A DNA stretch of 57,991 nucleotides, filler included, from Candidatus Hydrogenedentota bacterium (lineage in GTDB: Bacteria; JBFMHD01), in NCBI GenBank assembly GCA_040752395.1. It is 5 parts of 5 records of this genome, joined end to end, with 100 filler letters (N's around TTAATTAATTAA, not from the genome) between each part and the next. Parts side by side here need not be neighbours in the genome. Positions count along the whole stretch, not along the records: positions 1 to 11,763 come from JBFMHD010000076.1; 4 more parts are not named here. One strand, written 5' to 3'. Under the pieces are notes generated by a model. That model saw only the letters and a list, made by a program, of their open reading frames with translations, was not told the origin of the DNA and did no database searches. A program made the translations under genes and the position numbers. This document shows, in pieces, positions 1 through 9,564 of the stretch. The first letter of the stretch is position 1. Each line of letters starts with the position of its first letter.

Positions 1-37
1 TTTTTATTCTCAAACTCAATCTCTCATCGAATCGCAT
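1..37 (-). CDS. 5' end of a gene running off the window (MRFDERLSLRIK...), possibly orotidine-5'-phosphate decarboxylase
   Basis: ATG at 37 with GAGGAG 5 nt upstream; co-directional and downstream of pyrC-K-D; product guessed from context only. Confidence 0.35.
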   Translation of the reverse strand, partial: MRFDERLSLRIK

Positions 38-42
38 ATCAA

Positions 43-270
43 CTCCTCTGAAAAACGCTGTAACTCTAATAATTCGGGGTACAGGCTACGGGCTACGGAC
101 TACAGCCGGCTGGAGCCCCCTATGAAAAGTCTTGAGTCTTGAGTCTTGAGTCTTGAGTCCTGTTTTGACTCACGACTTGTGACTCACGACTCTTTTCATA
201 TCATTTTTAGTTTTTCATCCTTTGTGCCTTTGTGCCTTTCCCTCCTGACTCACGACTCTTTGACTTCATA
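43..270. repeat. Family A interspersed element, copy A1
   Basis: Starts CTCCTCTGAAAAACGCTGTAACTCTAATAAT, followed by GGCTAC-, TCTTGAG-, GACTCAC- and TTTGTGCC-type arrays shared with about 10 other loci. Confidence 0.9.
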
Positions 271-283
271 AACTGATTTTATG

Positions 284-1102
284 TCATCTCCTATGGTAAT
301 TCTTTATGTTTTTTAAGATTCTTTTTACTGCGTCAGGATATATAAAATTTATACTGCCGATCTGCACTGCTTTAGCACCTGCTCTTAAGTATTCAATAAC
401 ATCCTCTGCCTTGGTAACACCACCTGATGCGATAACAGGAAGCCTTGTTTTTAGAACCACATTATATACATTATATAAACCCAGAGGCTTTATACAGGGT
501 CCTGATAAACCACCTCGTATGATTTTTTCATTTATTGATACCATTGCTGGATAGGTATTGGTTATACTTACAGCATCTGCACCATAATCTTCGCATATAG
601 AAACATATTCAAGGCAAAGATATGGCGGTAATTTTACCGAGATAAAACTATCTGTATTTTCTCTTAATGTTTTGAGTATTTTTTTAATATAGTTTTTATT
701 AACGAATGGCAAGATATTCTTATGTTTTATGTTGGGACAGGATATATTTAATTCATAACCGCTGATCTTTTTACTATTTTTTAGATAATTTATCAATGTT
801 CTCATCTCTTTGCAATCCTCTGCATATAGACTTACAAGAAAAATCGTGGGGAATTCTGTTTTGGCTATTATTTCTAAAAATTTAACCACGCCGGGATTTT
901 CTAATCCTACCGAGTTCACTATACCTGATGCTGTCTCAATAATGCGTGGGGCCGGGTTTCCTTTTCTGGGTTTCAAAGTAATGGTTTTACTTACAAACAT
1001 ACCTGCAAGAGAATAGTATTCCTTGTATTCATCACCGAGTCCAAACGTGCCACTTGCAATAACTAACGGATTTTTCAATTTCAGTTTCCCGAGATTAATC
1101 AT
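284..1102 (-). CDS. pyrD: dihydroorotate dehydrogenase (family 1B) catalytic subunit
   Basis: NPLVIASGTFG, ELNISCPN, GGLSGPCIKP, VIASGGV motifs; next to pyrK and pyrC. Confidence 0.95.
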   Translation of the reverse strand: MINLGKLKLKNPLVIASGTFGLGDEYKEYYSLAGMFVSKTITLKPRKGNPAPRIIETASGIVNSVGLENPGVVKFLEIIAKTEFPTIFLVSLYAEDCKEMRTLINYLKNSKKISGYELNISCPNIKHKNILPFVNKNYIKKILKTLRENTDSFISVKLPPYLCLEYVSICEDYGADAVSITNTYPAMVSINEKIIRGGLSGPCIKPLGLYNVYNVVLKTRLPVIASGGVTKAEDVIEYLRAGAKAVQIGSINFIYPDAVKRILKNIKNYHRR

Positions 1103-1848
1103 AAAACAATCTCCCTGGCATTAAAAACAGGTCCATCTTTACAGACCCGGTAATAACCTTTTCCATCCCTCCTTTCAACCGGGCAGGCATAACATACGCC
1201 AAAACCACAACCCATCCTTTCTTCAAGCGATACCTCTATAAAAAAAATATATCTATGTAATTTTTTATAAACAGTCCTTATCATTTCAACAGGGCCACAG
1301 GTATAACAACGAGTGTATTGTTCTAGTTTAGAAAGATAATCTGTCACTAATCCGTGTGTATCTTCAAAAATTATCCTTGCTTCTATATTATTGAGAATAT
1401 TTTCTGGTAATTCTTTTTTTGATTTTATACCATATAAAAAAGTATACTTCACCTTCATCTCTTTTAATTTCTTTATTAGATAAAATACCGGTGCCAACCC
1501 TGTCCCACCACTCACAACAAGCACATTATCTGTTTTACTATCAAGATTAATATTAAAGCCCTTGCCAAGCGGACCCAAAATAGAAAGATAATCATTCTTT
1601 CTAAGATGAGTTAAATTTTCCGTACCTCTGCCTACAATTTTATAAAGAAGACTTGTACTGTCTTTCTCTATATCCATAATACTGAATGGCCTTCTTAGAT
1701 AAGGGTCGGTCTCGTTTTCTTTTCTACAAAGAACCTCCACAAACTGACCCGGGACCACGTTTTTAAAATCCTTTGTGAGAAGTTTAAGTAAATAATAATT
1801 TTGTGAAACTTTTTCATTATATAGAACTTTTATTACAAACTCTTTCAT
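1099..1848 (-). CDS. pyrK: dihydroorotate dehydrogenase electron transfer subunit
   Basis: LRRPFSI, GPLGKGF, GGTGLAP and C-terminal CGFGVCYAC...C 2Fe-2S motif. Confidence 0.95.
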   Translation of the reverse strand: MKEFVIKVLYNEKVSQNYYLLKLLTKDFKNVVPGQFVEVLCRKENETDPYLRRPFSIMDIEKDSTSLLYKIVGRGTENLTHLRKNDYLSILGPLGKGFNINLDSKTDNVLVVSGGTGLAPVFYLIKKLKEMKVKYTFLYGIKSKKELPENILNNIEARIIFEDTHGLVTDYLSKLEQYTRCYTCGPVEMIRTVYKKLHRYIFFIEVSLEERMGCGFGVCYACPVERRDGKGYYRVCKDGPVFNAREIVL

Positions 1849-3134
1849 AATCGTTCTCTATCAAGTAATATTTTGCCTTTATAAACAACTTTTTCCACAC
1901 AGCCTTCTAATTCTTTATTCAAAAAAGGTGTATTACAGCTTTTAGATTTTAAAAATTCTTTGTTAATCTTTATCTTTGTTTTTGGATTAAAGACAATAAA
2001 TTCAGCGCTGCTCCCCTTTTTAATTTCTATTTTATCAATCCCTAAAATTTTTCTCGGGTTAATTGAGAAGGTTTTCAGGATAACATTCCAGTTTATTTTT
2101 TTAGGTTTGATAAGATAATTATAAATAGAGACTAAAGCAATATCAAGCCCTATAATTCCAAAGGGTGCATTGATAAAATCCTGATTTTTTTCAAAAATAG
2201 TATGTGGTGCGTGGTCTGTAGCGATACAATCGATATAACCATTTTTAAGACCATCAAGTAATTTTCTATTATCTTCTACTCTTCGAAGCGGTGGATTCAT
2301 CTTAAAATTTGTATCATAATCCTCTATGTCTTTCTCTGAAAATATTAAATGATGTGGCGTAACTTCACAGGTTACGTTTACCCCCCTCTCTTTGTATCTT
2401 TTAATAATATCTAAACTACAAGCAGTAGAGATATGTTGTATATGAACCCTTGCTCTGGTCAGCTCTGCTAAACGTAAATCCCTTTCAATACATATTTCTT
2501 CGCTTGCTTGCGGTATGCCAGGAAGCCCAAGTTTTATTGCAGTCTCACCCTCGGTTATTACACCACCTTCTGATAATTCCTTAACCTCACAATGGCAGCT
2601 GACTATAATATTAAAATTTTTAGAGTATTCCATTGCTCTTCTTAACATTAATGGGTTTGAAACAGGATTACCATCATCTGTAATCATAACTATACCTTTA
2701 TCAGCCATATCACCTATCTCGGCGAAATTTTCGCCATTTCTATTTTGAGTTATACAACCTGCAATATATACCGGGATCCTTGACCTCTCTTTTGATAAAG
2801 ATTTAACAAAAGTGACTACAGAGCCTGTATCAATAGCCGGGTCAGTATTTGGCATACAGACAATGGCTGTGATACCGCTATTTATAGCAGCTTCTGTTCC
2901 TGTCTCTATTGTTTCTTCATCTTCTCTCCCTGGCTCTCTTAGATGTGTATGCATATCAAATAATCCAGGAAGAATAATCTTATCTTTACAATTATAGATA
3001 ATAGTTGATTTATCTGGTTCAAACTTATTCTCTACCCCTATTATTCTATCATCTTCTATGAGTATATCTTTTCTTTGCGGCCGGGGATTATCTTCGTAAA
3101 CTATTGACCCGTTTTTAAATAACAATTTTGCCAC
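1845..3134 (-). CDS. pyrC: dihydroorotase
   Basis: DMHTHLREPG, MPNT, KMNPPLR, ATDHAPH; GTG start with GAGGAGG RBS. Confidence 0.95.
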   Translation of the reverse strand: MAKLLFKNGSIVYEDNPRPQRKDILIEDDRIIGVENKFEPDKSTIIYNCKDKIILPGLFDMHTHLREPGREDEETIETGTEAAINSGITAIVCMPNTDPAIDTGSVVTFVKSLSKERSRIPVYIAGCITQNRNGENFAEIGDMADKGIVMITDDGNPVSNPLMLRRAMEYSKNFNIIVSCHCEVKELSEGGVITEGETAIKLGLPGIPQASEEICIERDLRLAELTRARVHIQHISTACSLDIIKRYKERGVNVTCEVTPHHLIFSEKDIEDYDTNFKMNPPLRRVEDNRKLLDGLKNGYIDCIATDHAPHTIFEKNQDFINAPFGIIGLDIALVSIYNYLIKPKKINWNVILKTFSINPRKILGIDKIEIKKGSSAEFIVFNPKTKIKINKEFLKSKSCNTPFLNKELEGCVEKVVYKGKILLDRERL

Positions 3135-3140
3135 AGAAAC

Positions 3141-3438
3141 CTCCTCTGAAAAACGCTGTAACTCTAATAATATTAAATAGAAGCAAGAGGCAAGATAACG
3201 GAAGAAGTGAGAGGTGTCAGGACGGGCTACAGGCTACAGGCTACGGACTACAGCCGGCTGGAGCCAAAAGCCCAGAGCCTGCTGAAAAGTCTTGAGTCTT
3301 GAGTCTTGAGTCTCGAGTCCTGTTTTGACTCACGACTTGCGACTTGTGACTCTTTTCATACTTTGTGCCTCTGTGCCTCTCTCGTTATCTTTCTTTCCGT
3401 TATCTTGCTTCTTGCTTCTTGCTTCTTTCGTTATCTTG
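3141..3438. repeat. Family A element, copy A2 (long form)
   Basis: Same terminus as A1; GAAGCAAGAGGCAAGATAACGGAA near the left end is inverted to TTCCGTTATCTTGCTTC near the right end. Confidence 0.9.
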
Positions 3439-3454
3439 ATAATAGCCGCTGTAT

Positions 3455-3521
3455 GCAGAGCTTTAAGTATGATTCTGCTATATTAACTGTATTTAGTTTA
3501 CCTACCGTGTCAATAACTTTT
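3455..3521. repeat. 67-bp direct repeat of 4367-4433 (3' end of gene 4361-6397)
   Basis: Manual alignment 64/67 identical. Confidence 0.95.
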
Positions 3522-3610
3522 GAACTCTTTTTTCCTTGCACTTCTTTCCTATTTTTTCTATTCTTTGCTTATAAATAGAAGCTTATGTCAAAACAAAATT
3601 TCGAGGTTTT

Positions 3611-3949
3611 ATGTCTATTCCTTGGGAAATAACTCCACAGAAGGTTAAAACTGTTGTTGATAGAATAATCGAAATCAGCAAGCCGCAACGGATTATTCTT
3701 TTTGGTTCTTATATCAATGGAAACACAAACCGAAACAGTGATCTTGATGTACTTGTGGTGATGAAAGAAAAACTTGAAAACCCTCGAAAAGAAAGTGTTA
3801 GAATTCGCCGTTTTCTGAAAGGTATATTAATGCCGATAGATATTTTGGTCATTCACGAAAAACTATTGAAAGAAATTGCCAATACCCCTGGTTTAATTTA
3901 CCGAGAAGCTATTAAAAATGGAAGGGTTGTGTATGAAGCCACCACCTGA
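3611..3949 (+). CDS. minimal nucleotidyltransferase (MNT) antitoxin
   Basis: ILFGS...SDLDVLVV motif, 112 aa, overlaps the HEPN gene. Confidence 0.9.
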   Translation: MSIPWEITPQKVKTVVDRIIEISKPQRIILFGSYINGNTNRNSDLDVLVVMKEKLENPRKESVRIRRFLKGILMPIDILVIHEKLLKEIANTPGLIYREAIKNGRVVYEATT

Positions 3950-4364
3950 GAAATATATCCCTGCTTCCCCTGAAGAATGGTTAACACATGCTAAAAGTGA
4001 TTTAAAATTCGCGAAACTCGGAATGAATCAGGATGTTTTGCGAGAACAAATATGTTTCCATGCTCAACAGGCTGTTGAAAAAGCAGTCAAATCGGTATTA
4101 GCCTTATTTAAAGTTGACTTTCCTTTTACTCATGACATAGAAGAACTTCTTGATATCTGTGAAATAGCAGGAATTTTAATTCCCTTAGAGTTATCAGATA
4201 TTGGCATGTTAACGCCATATGCTGTCGAAAGTCGTTACCCTGGCTATTGGGGTGAGATATTGGAAAATGATGTAACAGAAGCTATAATATTTGCTGAAAA
4301 AACAATAAAATGGGCAGAAGACCAGATAGAAAAAAAGGCAAGTGAGGAGCACTTCTGTAACTAA
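3933..4364 (+). CDS. HEPN-domain toxin
   Basis: W..A..DL..A, CFHAQQAVEKAVK, THDIEELL, YAVESRYPG; ATG 3933 preferred to 3918. Confidence 0.9.
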   Translation: MKPPPEKYIPASPEEWLTHAKSDLKFAKLGMNQDVLREQICFHAQQAVEKAVKSVLALFKVDFPFTHDIEELLDICEIAGILIPLELSDIGMLTPYAVESRYPGYWGEILENDVTEAIIFAEKTIKWAEDQIEKKASEEHFCN

Positions 4365-6397
4365 AAGCAGAGCTTTAAGTATGATTCTGCTATATTAACT
4401 GTATTTGGTTTACCTGCTGTGTCAATAACTTTTTGGAAATATGATTTAGCTTTCTCTATCTCCCCTTTTTTGAAATAAATTATACCAAGACTACATATCG
4501 CATCTATGTTTTTATGATTTAATTCAATTGCTTTGTTGTAAAAGTTTATAGCGGTTTCGGTCTCGCCTAATTTATCGAGTGAGAGTCCGGCATTTAACCA
4601 TTCAGCATCACTCCTGCTTGCGCCACTACGCAATAACTCTTTGTAAAACCATTTCAACGAACGAGTAAATTCATTCAGTCTGAATAATAAAGCACCAGCA
4701 TTTCTTGCAAGCCCGGTTATACTGGGATCATTTCCAAACCCTGACTCATAATAATTTAATGCTCTCTCATAATCTTTCTTAGATTCATAAAATAAGCCGC
4801 AGTTACCCCAGGCTTCAGCATAACCAGGATGTATCCTCAATGCTTTTACAAAACATATCACACCATCTGCATTACCTGATTTTAATAAGACATCACCCGC
4901 AGAATTTATGTAATCTTCAAAATAAGGTGCGCTCTTAATGGCTTTTATAAAATAATCTCTGGACCTTTTGTAATCATTATAAGCATCTCTGTAAATCATC
5001 CCCATTCTATAATACCCTATCCTTGGGTCTTTCTCTAATCTCTCATGTAAAGAGAGATGTTTAATGGCTTGTTCGGCATAACTTAAATTTTTTTGAGAGA
5101 TGAAAAGATCGTGAAATAAAGAACCGTATCTTAAATGTATGTCAGCTGTTAGTTGCGATAAACACCATAACATCACAGGAACTATTAAGATAATATTGCG
5201 GTTTTCCGTTATCTTGCTTCTTGCCTCTTGCTTCTTGCCTCTAAATTCTACCTGAAACTGGTTGATTACTCTTCGCGCTATTAACCCAAGATACATAAAA
5301 AACATAAAAGAGGTTCCAGGATTATGAAGGTTGTAGGTAAAAAAACTATTAGAGATCGCACCGAAAACTCCTGCTGCAAACGGTAATAGATCAGAGTGTG
5401 ACCTCAAAACCGTTAAACTAAAAATTATAACTGAAGTAAAAAATAAAATCGAGGTGACTAATCCTGCCTCAACTGCGATATATAAAAATTCGTTATGAGG
5501 GCTCTCTACTCGCGATTTCCCTGATATTATCTTCTCCTCATAAAGCCGGTATAAAGGATAAACTAAATTGAATTGACCATAAGCGATACCTGCTTTGGCC
5601 TCTTTAATCATCATAATCGAACTCTGCCAGGAATATAATCTAAAAAGACGGCTGCTTGATAACGGAAAAATTTTTTTATATAGATAAATCCCTGATAAAG
5701 TTATAAAAACTAAAATTAATATAAATGAATAAATTTTCAGTTTCTTGTTAAAAACTTTTATAAAATAATAACAAAAAATAATAAAGATAGAAGTTAAGGC
5801 ACCAATTAACGCTCCCTCAGACTGCGTTCTGTAGATTACATAAAATATAAAAATCGTGCTACTCAGCAAGAATAAAGTAATAAATTTGTCAGAATATGCT
5901 CTGATTGTAAGAAATATTCCTATTGGTAGAATAAAGACAAGATATTCACCAAAGAAGTTGGGGTTCCCAAAAGTAGCTATCATCCCGGAATCTTTCTCCC
6001 AATTACCAATAAAAAAATTGTAAAGATTTAAATATCCATAAATCGCCAAACCACTTCCCACTACAAATATTAGTAAAAGTATTTTAAGAAAATCACTCCC
6101 ATTCTCTCTAAATAAGATATAAACTGATATTAAAGTGAGTAAATGAACCAGCTCTTTATATAAATCTATTCTGTTTACTACATAAAATGAAGATATTAGA
6201 GAGATTATTATACATACAATCATTATCCTCTCAAATTTAATAAGATTTATATTATTGATTCTTATAAAACAAAGACCTGAAAAAGTAAGGATAACCAGAA
6301 AAAGCCATTTAACAATTAATGCACCTGTGGTTGTTGCAGTATCACAGCATAACGGTATTATAACTATTAAAAGTTTCGAAATAAACTCAGATATCAT
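4361..6397 (-). CDS. O-antigen ligase (Wzy_C)-family membrane protein with C-terminal TPRs
   Basis: Many TM segments, ATFGNPNFF, RLYSW, PHNEFL; TPR-like repeats at the C-terminus. Confidence 0.85.
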   Translation of the reverse strand: MISEFISKLLIVIIPLCCDTATTTGALIVKWLFLVILTFSGLCFIRINNINLIKFERIMIVCIIISLISSFYVVNRIDLYKELVHLLTLISVYILFRENGSDFLKILLLIFVVGSGLAIYGYLNLYNFFIGNWEKDSGMIATFGNPNFFGEYLVFILPIGIFLTIRAYSDKFITLFLLSSTIFIFYVIYRTQSEGALIGALTSIFIIFCYYFIKVFNKKLKIYSFILILVFITLSGIYLYKKIFPLSSSRLFRLYSWQSSIMMIKEAKAGIAYGQFNLVYPLYRLYEEKIISGKSRVESPHNEFLYIAVEAGLVTSILFFTSVIIFSLTVLRSHSDLLPFAAGVFGAISNSFFTYNLHNPGTSFMFFMYLGLIARRVINQFQVEFRGKKQEARSKITENRNIILIVPVMLWCLSQLTADIHLRYGSLFHDLFISQKNLSYAEQAIKHLSLHERLEKDPRIGYYRMGMIYRDAYNDYKRSRDYFIKAIKSAPYFEDYINSAGDVLLKSGNADGVICFVKALRIHPGYAEAWGNCGLFYESKKDYERALNYYESGFGNDPSITGLARNAGALLFRLNEFTRSLKWFYKELLRSGASRSDAEWLNAGLSLDKLGETETAINFYNKAIELNHKNIDAICSLGIIYFKKGEIEKAKSYFQKVIDTAGKPNTVNIAESYLKLCF
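5201..5269 (-). mobile_element. Family B element fragment inserted in frame in gene 4361-6397
   Basis: Reverse complement of 5201-5254 matches 20861-20914 at 50/54; encodes VINQFQVEFRGKKQEARSKITEN. Confidence 0.8.
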
Positions 6398-6665
6398 CCT
6401 GTTGCTTCGCTTGATTGTAAATTCTTTCTGCTAACCCGAACTCTCTACTGTTTTCAGGCAGAGCGCGAAGTTCGGTAATTAGGGTAGCACTAACATCAAG
6501 ATAATCTCTGTGTATATCATCTACCACAACTGCCACATCTATATCACTATCTGCGATTTCTATACCTTTAGCATATGAACCATAAATAATTATTTTTTTA
6601 ACAGGAATATAAGTTCGTACAATATCAGCATATTGTTTTACTGATTCAATAACTGAACTATCCAT
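6387..6665 (-). CDS. MNT nucleotidyltransferase, probably 3'-truncated or chimeric
   Basis: IIYGSYAKG...SDIDVAVV; sequence after SATL is atypical and encoded by a hairpin. Confidence 0.7.
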   Translation of the reverse strand: MDSSVIESVKQYADIVRTYIPVKKIIIYGSYAKGIEIADSDIDVAVVVDDIHRDYLDVSATLITELRALPENSREFGLAERIYNQAKQQDDI

Positions 6666-7036
6666 TTACAGAACACCTCATTTTGACTATATATTTCTTT
6701 CGATCTTTCTTTTGACAGACTTTTTAATATCTCTTCCTTAGAATCAGGATATCTTACCTCAATATTTAACGGCATTAATAAATCGAATAATTTTATCTGT
6801 TCATCTGTTATTTGTTTATAAAGATTGGATTTTTCAGCAAGCTTTATAAGATTATGAATATAAGGGGGTTTACTCTTATTTATGTACCAGTAATAAGCTT
6901 TAAAAAATTTTTCTATTGCCTGATGACAATAAAACCCTGCATCCAGATGCTTATCATTGTCTAGTAAAATTTTTGCAGTAGCACAGTTATCTATTGCTAA
7001 ATTTGTCCAGTAATCGATTTTCTGTTTTATATTCAT
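6638..7036 (-). CDS. HEPN-domain protein
   Basis: GFYCHQAIEKFFKA, PPYIHNLIKL, NIEVRYP. Confidence 0.9.
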   Translation of the reverse strand: MNIKQKIDYWTNLAIDNCATAKILLDNDKHLDAGFYCHQAIEKFFKAYYWYINKSKPPYIHNLIKLAEKSNLYKQITDEQIKLFDLLMPLNIEVRYPDSKEEILKSLSKERSKEIYSQNEVFCKWIVQLLNQ

Positions 7037-7130
7037 ATGTTTTTATTTAACCTGTTTCTATCTATTATTGCAACATTTTTTATTTACTATACTTCCTGTT
7101 TGTGCCGGTCGCCTTTGGCTTTGGCTGACA

Positions 7131-9062
7131 CTACATCGATTTTAGTTTCATTACTGCATATCTATACGCATCTGTGGTTGTATCTAACTCGATGGCAGCG
7201 TTATAACAATCTCTTGCTTTTTGGCTCTCTCTCTTTTTTAAATAAAGATCACCGAGCGAGACTAAATCATTCTGCGCCACTTTATTAATTTTTATCACTC
7301 TTTCATAATAAAATATCGCCTTGTCTGTCGCATCATTTAATTGATAAAGATACGCAAGATTATGAGCAGATACAGGGTTATCTTTATTGAGTCTGTAAGC
7401 CATTAAAAAATACGATTCTGATAGGCTATACTCTTTGGTATTTAAATGTTCAGCTCCTTCTGAAATATATGAGGAGATAAGACCTACCATCGCTTCAACA
7501 TTATTAAACGGATATGCTCGAAGTGAAATAAGATAATACTTAGCTGCACTCATATAATCATTTAAATAAAAAGAAGAGACAGCTAAATTGTTCCAGTAAG
7601 CAGGCTCGTATGGTATCTTTCTCAATGTCTCTCTTATAATCTCCTTACTTTTTAATAAGTCATTACTATCATTATTATTACTTAACCCTCTTCTTAAATA
7701 ACTCTCGCCGAGATTATAATGGCTTAAGAATTCACAGCGATTAAGTTTAGAACTTCTCTCAAGTAAAAAATTAGCAGTATTATAATCTCCTGCATCTTTA
7801 TAATACAATCCTGCTTTAAGATATGCACCGGCTAATAGCTCGCTAAAATAAAAGACTAAAATAAAGAAAAATGCCAAGCCACAGAGTCTCTTCAAATAAA
7901 ATTTTTCGCTACTCATTCTTTCTGATAATGGAGCAGAATTAATAATCCCTGAAAACGCAAAAAACAATACAGGCGGTGTTTCAAGATAAAATGGAAAAGA
8001 AAAGAAAGAGGAGATACTGATTGCGATTAAAGAAGAGGATAAAATAATATTTAATATCTCCTTTGATTTCAGAGCTACTATAATGGTTATTATTAAAAAT
8101 AATACAAAAAAAGTTATACCTATAAAGCCTGTCTCACAAAAAAATTGGAGAAAATCATTATGCGAGTGATGAACAAGATTTATGCCTGAAAAAGATTTTT
8201 CCTCCGGTAATCTATAATGTGGATATGTAACTTTAAAATTGTTTAACCCTACACCTGTTAAATTGAAATCCCTGATTATCTCAAAAGTAGATTGCCAGAT
8301 AGGTAACCTTACCTCGAATCCACCCCTGATAACATTCTTTATTGTCAAAATCTCGTTATAAAATGTTTTATATACTGGTAATAATGCAATGAATAACAAG
8401 AAAAACATCGTTAATAACATCCTCTTTGCAGAATGAAATAATAAAGCAATAACAATATAAGTTATACCCCCGGCCAAACCAAGATAAGCTCCCCTGCTTT
8501 TTGCAATTACAAGCGAGATAATTAAAACGATGCTTCCGATTGAATAAAAAAATGTTAAAATATAATTTTTTTTTATTAATGATTTAAAAAAATAATAGAT
8601 TGAGAGAGGAATAACTACTATAAGATAATCAGAAAAAAAATTGGGGTTACCAAAAGTAGAGGTGATCCCATGCTTCCAATCAAAAAATTCTATACCATAT
8701 GATTCAAGAATCCCATATATACCAAGAATGTACGCGGTAAATAGCAATCCTGGAAATATTTTGTCCTGAGATACCATACTAAATGATTGCCGGGTAAATA
8801 AAAATGTAAAATACCATAACAATACATTGATAAAAAAAGCAAATGAGATATGCGGATTCACTGCGAATAAAGAAGATATGAAAGCAGCTATTACAAAAAT
8901 TAGTAATGGTGTAGACTTATATCTGCTTCCCGGTGAAGCCAGATATAGAAACAATAATCCGATAACCCAGAAAAAATATTTTATAAAATAAGCCTCTCTG
9001 CTTATCGCTGTCATTGCAACAGGAACAAGTATAAATAAAAAAAGATAACCGATTAAAGGCAT
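7131..9062 (-). CDS. O-antigen ligase (Wzy_C)-family membrane protein with TPRs
   Basis: STFGNPNFF, SRGAYLG, RLPIW, HSHNDFLQ; TPR C-terminus. Confidence 0.88.
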   Translation of the reverse strand: MPLIGYLFLFILVPVAMTAISREAYFIKYFFWVIGLLFLYLASPGSRYKSTPLLIFVIAAFISSLFAVNPHISFAFFINVLLWYFTFLFTRQSFSMVSQDKIFPGLLFTAYILGIYGILESYGIEFFDWKHGITSTFGNPNFFSDYLIVVIPLSIYYFFKSLIKKNYILTFFYSIGSIVLIISLVIAKSRGAYLGLAGGITYIVIALLFHSAKRMLLTMFFLLFIALLPVYKTFYNEILTIKNVIRGGFEVRLPIWQSTFEIIRDFNLTGVGLNNFKVTYPHYRLPEEKSFSGINLVHHSHNDFLQFFCETGFIGITFFVLFLIITIIVALKSKEILNIILSSSLIAISISSFFSFPFYLETPPVLFFAFSGIINSAPLSERMSSEKFYLKRLCGLAFFFILVFYFSELLAGAYLKAGLYYKDAGDYNTANFLLERSSKLNRCEFLSHYNLGESYLRRGLSNNNDSNDLLKSKEIIRETLRKIPYEPAYWNNLAVSSFYLNDYMSAAKYYLISLRAYPFNNVEAMVGLISSYISEGAEHLNTKEYSLSESYFLMAYRLNKDNPVSAHNLAYLYQLNDATDKAIFYYERVIKINKVAQNDLVSLGDLYLKKRESQKARDCYNAAIELDTTTDAYRYAVMKLKSM

Positions 9063-9160
9063 AAACCTTCTATAAGCTCCACTAATTTATCTCCTATGGT
9101 TTCAATCCCGAACTCACTAATAAATTCTTTATCAATACTTATTTTTCTTGTTTCCTCTTT
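9061..9160. repeat. 100-bp direct repeat of 10051-10150 (3' end of GT4 gene)
   Basis: Manual alignment 96/100 identical. Confidence 0.95.
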
Positions 9161-9564
9161 AGTAATTTTATTTCGTATGCCCAAAATTCTTTTGGTAGTA
9201 TAATATCAATATTTTTATATTTTTTCAAACTTATCAATTCCTGATCGCCGGTTATAATGCAATCACAATTCCCGGCAATTGCTGTCCCTATAATTTTATA
9301 ATCATCTTTATCCTTTATTCCATTCACAATAATATCTTTTATTTCTCCAATGTTTGTTATTTTCTCGAGTACTACTGATATTATTTCTTTTGTTTCCTTT
9401 GCCGTATAATAAAATTTTTCGATTAATTTTTCTTCTAATTCTTTTATTATGTAATTTGATGTGACAATTCTATGATTTCGTATACAATGCTCAATAACTT
9501 CAAAACATGTTCCATGCGTAATAAGTGATGCTATCAAAACATTTGTGTCTAAAACAATTTTCAT
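9139..9564 (-). CDS. PIN-domain putative toxin
   Basis: KIVLDTNVLIAS, DKDDYKII, IITGDQEL. Confidence 0.92.
   Translation of the reverse strand: MKIVLDTNVLIASLITHGTCFEVIEHCIRNHRIVTSNYIIKELEEKLIEKFYYTAKETKEIISVVLEKITNIGEIKDIIVNGIKDKDDYKIIGTAIAGNCDCIITGDQELISLKKYKNIDIILPKEFWAYEIKLLKRKQEK

Noticed and set aside
43-270. CRISPR array interpretation of the intergenic repeats
   Set aside because: Units are 7-8 bp tandem arrays without unique spacers, and no cas genes are present.
3306-3578. ORFs 3306-3578, 11808-12014, 15919-16113 and 22969-23157
   Set aside because: Translations of family A repeats and/or antisense strands of real genes.
6428-6485. Integron attC site after the HEPN-MNT pair
   Set aside because: CCCTAAT...GTTAGCA ends are suggestive, but the R-L spacing does not fit attC, and there is no integrase or second site.
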